A DNA stretch of 64,000 nucleotides, taken from positions 640,001-704,000 of the forward strand of contig JBLWTJ010000001.1 in NCBI GenBank assembly GCA_048270185.1, in the 5' to 3' direction. Shown piece by piece: positions 19,829 to 27,851 of this stretch. Origin of the DNA: Bacteriovoracaceae bacterium (GTDB lineage Bacteria; Bdellovibrionota; Bacteriovoracia; Bacteriovoracales; Bacteriovoracaceae). The stretch's first letter is position 1. Each line of letters starts with the position of its first letter. The translations under genes and the position numbers were made by a program. The notes under the pieces were generated by a model that worked only from the letters and a program-made list of their open reading frames with translations, did no database searches and had not been told where the DNA came from.

Positions 19829-20731
19829 ATGAACGTTGACCATATATCAATTCCGACATTAAGAGTTTTTATTGAGGTTTTTGAGACAAAGAATATGTCT
19901 CAGGCCGCAAAAAATCTTGCTATGACTCAACCAGGAGTCTCTCAGCATATAAAATCTTTAGAGGGTTTACTTGAGACGCCCCTATTTGATCGCATTAGCA
20001 AAAAGCTTCTACCAACGGCCGAGGCCGTCTTACTTTATGAAAAGACGAAAACTATCTTAAACAGTCTTGAACTTGCATTAAATGATGTATCAAGTAAGAA
20101 GAATAAACTTAGAGGAACGATTCGAATGGGAATGCCGATTGAGTTTGGCAATAATAAAATCCTTCCTATCGTTTCTAGTTGGCTTAAAAAGCATCCACAA
20201 GTCTCTCTTATTATCAATTACGATCACGCGGCAAGACAGAGCCAAATGCTACTTGATGGAAGTCTTGATTTTGCAATTACTGATAGTTTCAATTTTCCAA
20301 AGCAAATTGCCACAGAAAATCTTTCTTCAGAAAGACTTATTCTTTGTTGTTCTAAGCAATACGCTTTGGAGCATGGCCTAACCGAGCAAAGTCTTTTTAA
20401 GAAAACAGATGGACTCGATTTTATCGCCTATCTTGAAGGCGCTCCAATGGTTTCAAGCTGGTTTAAATATCACCTTAATCGTGTCTTTCACGGAAATATA
20501 AAATCACAACTAATGGATGTACAAGGGGTACTAAGACTTACCCTGGCCTCTGTTGGAATTTCAATTCTTCCTCTGCACGTTATTTCGCAACAAGGAAATA
20601 TCGATCAACTCATCCTCTTTAAGGGAAGGAAAGAGCACTTAATAAATGAGCTTAATCTCGCTTTTTTAAAAGGCAGGAATGTGTCAGAGGCGACAGAGAG
20701 TTTATTTAATGAATTAAGAGGTCATATCTAA
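19829..20731 (+). CDS. LysR family transcriptional regulator
   Basis: HTH SQAAKNLAMTQPGVSQHIKSLE...LFDR, 300 aa, with a substrate-binding domain. Confidence 0.95.
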   Translation: MNVDHISIPTLRVFIEVFETKNMSQAAKNLAMTQPGVSQHIKSLEGLLETPLFDRISKKLLPTAEAVLLYEKTKTILNSLELALNDVSSKKNKLRGTIRMGMPIEFGNNKILPIVSSWLKKHPQVSLIINYDHAARQSQMLLDGSLDFAITDSFNFPKQIATENLSSERLILCCSKQYALEHGLTEQSLFKKTDGLDFIAYLEGAPMVSSWFKYHLNRVFHGNIKSQLMDVQGVLRLTLASVGISILPLHVISQQGNIDQLILFKGRKEHLINELNLAFLKGRNVSEATESLFNELRGHI

Positions 20732-20732
20732 G

Positions 20733-20762
20733 AAAAAAAAAGCCGCTTTGTAAGCGGCCTTT
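20733..20762. terminator. Bidirectional terminator
   Basis: A9-GCCGCTT-tgt-AAGCGGC-CTTT between convergent genes. Confidence 0.75.
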
Positions 20763-20787
20763 ATCAATTATCAATTTATCTAGTAAA

Positions 20788-20964
20788 TTATTGATTCATT
20801 CCTGGAGCTGTTGATTCGTTAGTTGTCGTAACGTTTGCTTCTTCATCTGCCAGAGTGTTTAAGTACTCTTCAACTTGAGCTTTAGTAACTTTACCTTCAG
20901 CAATTAGTTTATCTCTTAGTCTTAGGTCTAATACCTTTTCTTGTAGTGCTCTTGAAAGTCTCAT
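20788..20964 (-). CDS. Small protein (58 aa) missing from the ORF track
   Basis: MRLSRALQEKVLDLRLRDKLIAEGKVTKAQVEEYLNTLADEEANVTTTNESTAPGMNQ, with a TAAGGA RBS and a downstream terminator. Confidence 0.8.
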   Translation of the reverse strand: MRLSRALQEKVLDLRLRDKLIAEGKVTKAQVEEYLNTLADEEANVTTTNESTAPGMNQ

Positions 20965-21071
20965 GGAATTTCCTTATCTAATAAATTATGGTTAATTTAA
21001 ATATTAATGTAGCTTTATATCATGTGTTAGAGGCTTTGCAAAGCCCTAAATAATTCAATAAGTTACCTTAA

Positions 21072-21818
21072 TTACTGCCAATAACGCGGCTCTTCTGGGT
21101 TTGGCTTCTCTTCTTCATCCACCAATCTAAGATGTCCCTTCTTTTTCTTATTCGCCTTAGCTGAGAATTTATTAGTTCCACCAGCACGCGCACCTTGTGT
21201 TCGCAAGTAATTACCTAGTGCCTTAACACCAACGACAAAGACGGCGCCAAAGATCATCGATGCAATATTTCCAAAGGCCTGAGCTCCACCTGGAGTAAAG
21301 AAGCCTTGGTAAACATTCATCCCTGCCAGAATTAAGCAGAAGTACTTTGCTTTAACAGGAATAATCATAAAGAACTGAAAAATTCGATCAGGATAAATAA
21401 CGGCATAGCTCACACACATGGCCGAAGACAAGAAGGCCATTCCGTGAAATGGATAATGCAAAGATGCTCCTCCCATAAAGAGAGAAAAGAAACTAAAAGC
21501 AAAACCATTGACGAGAGTAGCAAGCATTAGATACTGAATATAGCGCTTCGAACCCCAACGCATTTCAAGGTCACTTCCAAGAAACCAAAAGAGAAGTCCA
21601 GTAAAGACAACATTAAAAAGCCCCACATTCACAAAAGGATAAGTAATCATTTTGTAAATATGGCCTTGTTTTAAACCTGAAAGATTAAGACCTAAAATAT
21701 TCACAAGTGAAATATCTAAGAATTGAGCAAAGACTGCGGCCACCACAAATGAAACGACAAGAATACCTATTAGGTATCGGTTCACTTTAGTTAAAGGTGG
21801 TAAGTATGTTTGCTGCAT
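21072..21818 (-). CDS. Rhomboid-like membrane protein, apparently catalytically inactive
   Basis: Rhomboid scaffold (TYPF, LGSDLE-RWG, YP, PVKAKY) is present, but GxS and the catalytic His are absent. Confidence 0.8.
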   Translation of the reverse strand: MQQTYLPPLTKVNRYLIGILVVSFVVAAVFAQFLDISLVNILGLNLSGLKQGHIYKMITYPFVNVGLFNVVFTGLLFWFLGSDLEMRWGSKRYIQYLMLATLVNGFAFSFFSLFMGGASLHYPFHGMAFLSSAMCVSYAVIYPDRIFQFFMIIPVKAKYFCLILAGMNVYQGFFTPGGAQAFGNIASMIFGAVFVVGVKALGNYLRTQGARAGGTNKFSAKANKKKKGHLRLVDEEEKPNPEEPRYWQ

Positions 21819-21827
21819 TCGATCTCC

Positions 21828-22241
21828 CTATGACATTTTTTGTGCAATTTCGATGAGAACGCCACCAGTTGACTTAGGATGAATGAAGTTCACTAAGCAG
21901 TTGTTGGCACCAGTGCGTGGCTCATCATACAAAAGATTATAGCCTAGATCACGTAGCTCTTGGGACTTTTTTGTAACATCTGGAACGCGGTAGCACATAT
22001 GGTGAATACCTGGACCTTTTTTCTCAAGATACTTGGCAATAGGACCTTGCCCATCAATTGGCTCAAGTAATTCAACATGAGCATTTTCATCAATATTGGC
22101 AAATGATGTCGTTACTTGCTGGTCTTCAACCACCTCTCGATGATTAAATGTTAGACCTAAATCTTGATAAATTTTTTCGGCCTTATCGAGGTTTTCAACC
22201 GCGATAGCTATATGATCTAAGAAACAATCTTTATTAAACAT
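21828..22241 (-). CDS. mce: Methylmalonyl-CoA epimerase (VOC family)
   Basis: LDHIAIAV, VELLEP, GPGIHHMC and FIHPKSTGGVLIE. Confidence 0.93.
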   Translation of the reverse strand: MFNKDCFLDHIAIAVENLDKAEKIYQDLGLTFNHREVVEDQQVTTSFANIDENAHVELLEPIDGQGPIAKYLEKKGPGIHHMCYRVPDVTKKSQELRDLGYNLLYDEPRTGANNCLVNFIHPKSTGGVLIEIAQKMS

Positions 22242-22326
22242 AAATTCTCCATGACGATAGATTTCCTAGGCATTATAGGAAACTCCTAAAGCATGAGCAA
22301 GTATGAGCTTTAGACATAATTAGAGC

Positions 22327-24198
22327 CTAAAGGTCACTTAAATTAAATGGCGGTGAATCAAGCACATTGTCACCAGTACAATCAGCTGCCGTCGTCGGTG
22401 CAGCAGGCTCCTGAGGAGTCACTGGTGGCTTACAAAGTCCGTCAACACAATCCCCAAATGTTGGCACAGAGTAACATCTCTTAGCACAAGAAAGGGCACT
22501 ATTTGGATCATTGATGCGGATCAAGTAACATTGACGAACATATTCAATTCGACAAAATTCCTTTGATACACACGACTGATTTGGAACCTTTGAACAAAGA
22601 ACTTGTTCAAAGTCATTATTAACGTGGTCTTTACATGTATTTGTTGATCCATCACAACACAGTGACGAACAATCAAAGTCTGAGTTACAACTATCACCAG
22701 TTGACTGATTCCCCGTTGAATCAAAGTCGTCACTACACTGGCCAACAATCGAGCGAGAGAAACAACGATTATTAAAACAACACTCTCCTGAGCCACACTC
22801 GCGGTTAGCACCACAAGACTTAAGAGAATTAAAATCATAACCGTCTTTAGCTCCAAGTCCTGTTTTTAAAAGTTGAAGTTTAATATCTTTAGTAACTGCA
22901 ACCTGAACCTCAAAACCATTTTCCATTGTGAATAATTCGATTGAACCAGTTACGTTACAACTTGAAATTGTCTCACCAGTTACTTCGTTATAATTCTTGG
23001 CACGGATATTACAACCATCCATATAATCAGTATCTCCTGCCGCATTTAGTGTCTGCACAGAGCGATTAGCAAATGGTGAAGTTGCACCGAGGTATTGAAT
23101 CCCTGTTGTTTGGTAGTTAATTTTTCCAGCACGTGGAAATAAGTAAGCCTGCATCCCTGCTGTGACATTTGCGAAATTTGCAGCACCAGCAAGCGGTGAC
23201 TTAAAGATCGCACTTGGAGTTGTCCCCGACTGATAAATTGCAGAACCTGAAATCTCCCATTCGTCAGTGTTAAAAACACGGTATGGGCCATTATAAGTAT
23301 AAGCGCTACCATCAAGAGTTAAAACTTGTCCGATACTTGTTGGATGATTAGAACCAAAGAGGCTTAAGAACATTGAACTGTCACTACGATCAGGAAGACA
23401 TTTCTTCATATTCGTTTCAAGTGACTCACCTGAAAGAAGATTACCTTCAATATCAATTTGCTCATAAGTTGGAATATTAGTTTTAGCAACCGTATTCCCA
23501 TCAACCACTTCGTTATACCAAAGTGTTTGGTCCTTAATCTTTGCATAAGCGTAGAGACAAGTATCCCCCGCTTGGTCACAATTAGGATGGCTGATTGAAG
23601 AAGTAAAAGTTGGATCATCTTCAATACGAAGCCCACGACAATAAAGACCTGCATTTGTTGGGTCATCAATGACATCAGCAGCTGTGTCACTATCATAGTC
23701 ATTATAGTCAAATAGATCATAAAGGAGTCTGATGTCTGCAAATTGCTTGGCACTCATATCAAAAGTGATAACGTTGATTGTTGAATATTCAGTAATCCCT
23801 GAACCTGGAACTTGGCCAACAACACCGTCGATCACAACCGGTGTTCTCTCACGGCCAAAATAGAAGCGACCTTTAATAACTCTATTTTTAAGTGAAGCAA
23901 TATTTAAACCTGTAAGGTGTAATTTCCCACGGAAATCACGAGGGATCGAAACTTTCTTTTTAAATGAACCTGTATTTGGATCAATAATCTGAGTGATTTC
24001 AACGGCCGTTGTCTCCGGCATACTCGTTACTTCATCTTCACCATTGATGGCGCCATTGCCACCACCTGTACTTCCACCATCACCGTCACCGACTGTCTCA
24101 GAAGGTGCATCGACGAGAGAAGATCGCGTCGATCTCGGGGCCTCCATACATGAGGCAAGACTTGTTAAAACGAATAGACCAAAAATTAATTTCTTCAT
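22327..24198 (-). CDS. Lipoprotein with Cys-rich C-terminal repeats
   Basis: Lipobox LASC and repeated C-x5-C-x3/4-CC-x4/6-C modules. Confidence 0.8.
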   Translation of the reverse strand: MKKLIFGLFVLTSLASCMEAPRSTRSSLVDAPSETVGDGDGGSTGGGNGAINGEDEVTSMPETTAVEITQIIDPNTGSFKKKVSIPRDFRGKLHLTGLNIASLKNRVIKGRFYFGRERTPVVIDGVVGQVPGSGITEYSTINVITFDMSAKQFADIRLLYDLFDYNDYDSDTAADVIDDPTNAGLYCRGLRIEDDPTFTSSISHPNCDQAGDTCLYAYAKIKDQTLWYNEVVDGNTVAKTNIPTYEQIDIEGNLLSGESLETNMKKCLPDRSDSSMFLSLFGSNHPTSIGQVLTLDGSAYTYNGPYRVFNTDEWEISGSAIYQSGTTPSAIFKSPLAGAANFANVTAGMQAYLFPRAGKINYQTTGIQYLGATSPFANRSVQTLNAAGDTDYMDGCNIRAKNYNEVTGETISSCNVTGSIELFTMENGFEVQVAVTKDIKLQLLKTGLGAKDGYDFNSLKSCGANRECGSGECCFNNRCFSRSIVGQCSDDFDSTGNQSTGDSCNSDFDCSSLCCDGSTNTCKDHVNNDFEQVLCSKVPNQSCVSKEFCRIEYVRQCYLIRINDPNSALSCAKRCYSVPTFGDCVDGLCKPPVTPQEPAAPTTAADCTGDNVLDSPPFNLSDL

Positions 24199-24238
24199 AA
24201 TACTCTGTGGTTAACGAAAGTGATTCATCTCAATACCC

Positions 24239-24266
24239 TTATCGAAATAAGAATTAATTAAGTTAA
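24239..24266 (-). promoter_or_regulatory. Putative sigma28 promoter
   Basis: TTAAC-N15-TTCGATAA upstream of the Cys-rich lipoprotein. Confidence 0.4.
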
Positions 24267-24380
24267 GTCTAAGTAAATATTAACCTAAGTTATGAAAATT
24301 CTGCCGAATGGACGATAACCAACTGTATTTAGGTAGGAGTATTGAAAACAACCGCCTTAAAAACTGGACTAATTAGCTAG

Positions 24381-25049
24381 TTAGTTTGCTCTCTTAAATA
24401 GGGCGATAACCATTCCCGCTAGGGCGTCTTCGAGGAAGCTGACAAGTAATGCCATGGTGTAAGTAATGGCAAGTGGAACACCTGCTCCTGGAGCATAGCT
24501 AGTTAGCACAAAACTAAAGAAGCCAATGACTAGAGTCAGAAGTAGAACTCCAAAATAAGTTACACCTAAAGAAGAAACCTTGCGCTTTGTAATGGCAAAA
24601 TTAGACTCCCCTTCCTTATCAAAGAGGATTGCCACCATTGGTAGAAAATAAAAGAAGTATAAGAAGAAGATCCCAGGAATGACTAAAAGCGCCACCCCTA
24701 TTAAGCTCCCAAGACCCATGATAACGCTGAAGAAAACGTATGTTGGAATATCCCAGAAAACTTTTGCAATATTAAATTTTAATTTTTCAAAATTAAAGAA
24801 GAAGAAGTTTAAAAGTAAAACAGTATGGATAATTGAGGCCACGGCCATAACAATACTTGAAATAATAACTTGCGCATCTTCTGTTGCATTTGCATTGGCC
24901 AGAATATAAATCTTAATACAAAAAGAAATAAAAAGAAGTGGAAGATAGAGTTTGTAATTGGATTTAATTGCATTAAGAGTGTCGTAAAGGGCGTTAAATA
25001 GCGTATTCTCGCTCTTCTTCTCTACTAGTAATTCTTGTTGCATATCCAT
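24381..25049 (-). CDS. Hypothetical multi-pass membrane protein
   Basis: Five to six hydrophobic segments, including LLVIPGI. Confidence 0.75.
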   Translation of the reverse strand: MDMQQELLVEKKSENTLFNALYDTLNAIKSNYKLYLPLLFISFCIKIYILANANATEDAQVIISSIVMAVASIIHTVLLLNFFFFNFEKLKFNIAKVFWDIPTYVFFSVIMGLGSLIGVALLVIPGIFFLYFFYFLPMVAILFDKEGESNFAITKRKVSSLGVTYFGVLLLTLVIGFFSFVLTSYAPGAGVPLAITYTMALLVSFLEDALAGMVIALFKRAN

Positions 25050-25076
25050 CGCATTTTCCTTAATTAGCTTCTTTCG

Positions 25077-25613
25077 TTATTCATCGGTATATTCAAAAGT
25101 TCTCTTAGCGTGATTCTTTCTCACACCAGGAACTTTAAAAAGTTGCCCGTGAAATGAAATATAAATTCCAGGTCCTACTATTTTGGCAGCATAAAGACTT
25201 TCTGTCACATTTTGGAAAGCATCACTATCCACAAAACCCATTGGTTTCATGGCCCCAGTGAAAATGATGGGAACAGTTAAATCTTTTGCATCGTTAAGGT
25301 GTGAGTAAACATATTGGGCCGACTTGGCCATGGTATCTGTACCATGGAGAACGATAAGTGGTATTTCTTTTTCTAGCTGTGACTTAATTGTCTTCACTAG
25401 AATATTGCGATCATAATCAGTAAAGTATAGGGAGTCCTTATTGATGATATTCATAATATGTAGTCTTGTGTACGGAAGCCTTAACCTCTCCACAATTGTC
25501 TGGCGAATAAATGAATCGCGATTCTTTAAAGAGCCGTCGCTCTCACTATAAGATTTCTCAATTGTGCCACCTGTAGAGATGAGCTGAATATCTTGAACAT
25601 GGTTTTTTTCCAC
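25077..25613 (-). CDS. Asparaginase N-terminal-domain protein (short form)
   Basis: TGGTI, HGTDT and FTGAM motifs. GTG start with RBS GAGGG. Confidence 0.9.
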   Translation of the reverse strand: MEKNHVQDIQLISTGGTIEKSYSESDGSLKNRDSFIRQTIVERLRLPYTRLHIMNIINKDSLYFTDYDRNILVKTIKSQLEKEIPLIVLHGTDTMAKSAQYVYSHLNDAKDLTVPIIFTGAMKPMGFVDSDAFQNVTESLYAAKIVGPGIYISFHGQLFKVPGVRKNHAKRTFEYTDE

Positions 25614-25713
25614 GTAGTACCCTCATTTGAATGATCAATATCTATTATGACATGTTTTATACACGATTTCTTTAATGATTTTAAGCGTTTAAGTAAAAAA
25701 TTCTAAATCTAAC

Positions 25714-25741
25714 CTTGACGCCTACAAATTTGGCCCCATAT
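25714..25741 (+). promoter_or_regulatory. Sigma32 (RpoH) heat-shock promoter of htpG
   Basis: CTTGAC-N14-CCCCATAT matches the CTTGAA-N13/14-CCCCATNT consensus and precedes a heat-shock gene. Confidence 0.8.
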
Positions 25742-25794
25742 TGTCTGTGTAAAGCTTTTAACTATCTGATTAATAATAAATTGAAGGAGTATCA

Positions 25795-27705
25795 ATGACT
25801 AATCGCACAGGACAAATTTCAGTTGCTACAAGTGACATTTTCCCAATTATTAAGAAATGGCTCTACTCAGAACACGATATTTTCATTCGTGAGCTTATCG
25901 CCAATGCCAGTGATGCCATCACAAAGAGAGCGACTCTGGCCCGCCAAACTGGAGATGAAGTTCCAACAGGAGCAATCTCAGTTGTCATCAACAAAGATAA
26001 GAAAACAATTACCCTAACAGATAACGGAATCGGGATGACTGAAGAAGAGGTTGAAAAGTATATCGCTCAACTTGCCTTCTCTGGTGCGGAAGAGTTCGTA
26101 AAGAAATTAGAAGAAGCAGGTGGTGAATCAGATAAGGATATCATCGGTAAATTCGGTCTTGGTTTCTACTCGGCCTTCATGGTTGCTTCTAAAGTTGAAG
26201 TTGATTCACTATCAATGAATAAAGATGCCAAGGCCACAAAATGGACTTGTGAAGGTGACACAGAATATACATTCGCTGACTCAGATAAAGCTGAAGTTGG
26301 AACAACAATCACTCTTCATATCAATGATGATTCAGTTGAGTTCTTAGACAAGTGGAAGCTAAATGAAACTCTAAGTAACCACTGTGATTTCATGCCTTAT
26401 GAAATCGCTCTTTCTAATGAGGGCGAAAAAGATAGCGAAGGTAAAGAAGTAGCACCAACAATCATCAACGACACAAACCCAATTTGGAAGCGTGATCCAA
26501 AAGAGTTAACAGATGAAGACTATAAGGGTCTCTACCGTAAGCTCTTTCCAATGGACGGCGAGCCACTATTTTGGATTCACTTAAATGTTGATCACCCGTT
26601 TACTTTAAACGGTATCCTCTTCTTCCCAAAGTACAATCCAATGAAGCCAATTGGTGATAAGAATATTCGTCTTTACTGTCGTCAGGTCTTTGTCTCAGAT
26701 AACGTCAAGAATATTATCCCAGAGTTCTTAGGATTATTAAAAGGTGCCATCGACTCACACGATATTCCACTTAACGTTTCACGCTCGTCTCTACAAGGTG
26801 ATCCAAATGTTAAGAAGATCTCAAACTACATCGTTAAGAAAGTAGCTGAGGCCCTAAAACTTCTAAACAAGAAAGACCGTGAAAAATATGAAAGTATCTG
26901 GAATGATATCGGGCTATTCGTGAAATACGGATGTGTCTCAGATGAGAAATTCGATACAGTTATGAGAGACCGCGTTCTCTTTAAAACAAGTGATGAGAAA
27001 TTTGTCACAATCGAAGAGTACCTAAATGCAATCCCAGCAGACTATAATGATAAGATGAAAGGAAAGATTCTCTACTATGAAAAAGAGAATACAAACCAAG
27101 CTCTTCTTTCTCAACTAAAGGAAGCAGGCCTTGCTGCTGTTGAAACTGATAATCATATCGATCCGCACTTCATTCAGCATAGTGAAATGAAGAAGTTCAA
27201 ACTTGGTGAAGAAGAAATTGAAATTAAGTTCACAAGTGTTGATAGTGAAATTGAAAGCCTTCTTGGAAGTGAGAATACTTCTGAAGACGATATCAAAGTA
27301 AAAGAAATGTTTGCAAAATTCCTTGATATCAAGCTTGAAGAAAAAGAAGGTGAAGCACCAAGTGATAAGGGACTTGAGATCGGTCGTATCGCAAGTGCTC
27401 AAACACCGGCCTACTTTAAAGTTGATGAGTCAATGAAGCGTTTTGCTCAAATGACTCAGTCAATGGGTGGAGGCGCTCAATTCCCTATCAAGAAAACTCT
27501 TGTTGTTAATGCTTCAAACCCACTAGTTAAGAATGCACTAAAAATTCACACTAGTGGAAAGAATGAGGAACTTGCTAAGAAGCTTTGTCTTCACGTGCAA
27601 GATCTAGCAGGAATTTCAAGTGAAGGACTTAAGCCTGAAGAGCGTGAGCTCTTTGTGAAGCGTTCACAAGATCTAGTTAGTGAACTTTCAAATATGATTA
27701 ACTAA
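25795..27705 (+). CDS. htpG: Molecular chaperone HtpG (Hsp90)
   Basis: LYS-x3-FIRELIANASDA, DNGIGM, IGKFGLGFYSAF and PLNVSRS-LQ. Confidence 0.98.
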   Translation: MTNRTGQISVATSDIFPIIKKWLYSEHDIFIRELIANASDAITKRATLARQTGDEVPTGAISVVINKDKKTITLTDNGIGMTEEEVEKYIAQLAFSGAEEFVKKLEEAGGESDKDIIGKFGLGFYSAFMVASKVEVDSLSMNKDAKATKWTCEGDTEYTFADSDKAEVGTTITLHINDDSVEFLDKWKLNETLSNHCDFMPYEIALSNEGEKDSEGKEVAPTIINDTNPIWKRDPKELTDEDYKGLYRKLFPMDGEPLFWIHLNVDHPFTLNGILFFPKYNPMKPIGDKNIRLYCRQVFVSDNVKNIIPEFLGLLKGAIDSHDIPLNVSRSSLQGDPNVKKISNYIVKKVAEALKLLNKKDREKYESIWNDIGLFVKYGCVSDEKFDTVMRDRVLFKTSDEKFVTIEEYLNAIPADYNDKMKGKILYYEKENTNQALLSQLKEAGLAAVETDNHIDPHFIQHSEMKKFKLGEEEIEIKFTSVDSEIESLLGSENTSEDDIKVKEMFAKFLDIKLEEKEGEAPSDKGLEIGRIASAQTPAYFKVDESMKRFAQMTQSMGGGAQFPIKKTLVVNASNPLVKNALKIHTSGKNEELAKKLCLHVQDLAGISSEGLKPEERELFVKRSQDLVSELSNMIN

Positions 27706-27717
27706 TCATTCAAAATA

Positions 27718-27752
27718 ATAAGTAAGGCCAGCATTACGCTGGCCTTACTTAT
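27718..27752 (+). terminator. htpG terminator hairpin
   Basis: ATAAGTAAGGCCAGC-attac-GCTGGCCTTACTTAT, a 15-bp stem. Confidence 0.8.
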
Positions 27753-27851
27753 CACCTAATATACTGAAATAACTAACAAACTTAGATATCGTCCTATATA
27801 GAAATTATAGGACACCTCCCATGTCGATATTTTCTATTGTATTCATAAGTT

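Noticed and set aside
25077..25613. Truncated asparaginase pseudogene
   Set aside because: The ORF is intact with an RBS and both catalytic Thr motifs, there is no remnant of a C-terminal domain downstream, and short single-domain asparaginases are known.
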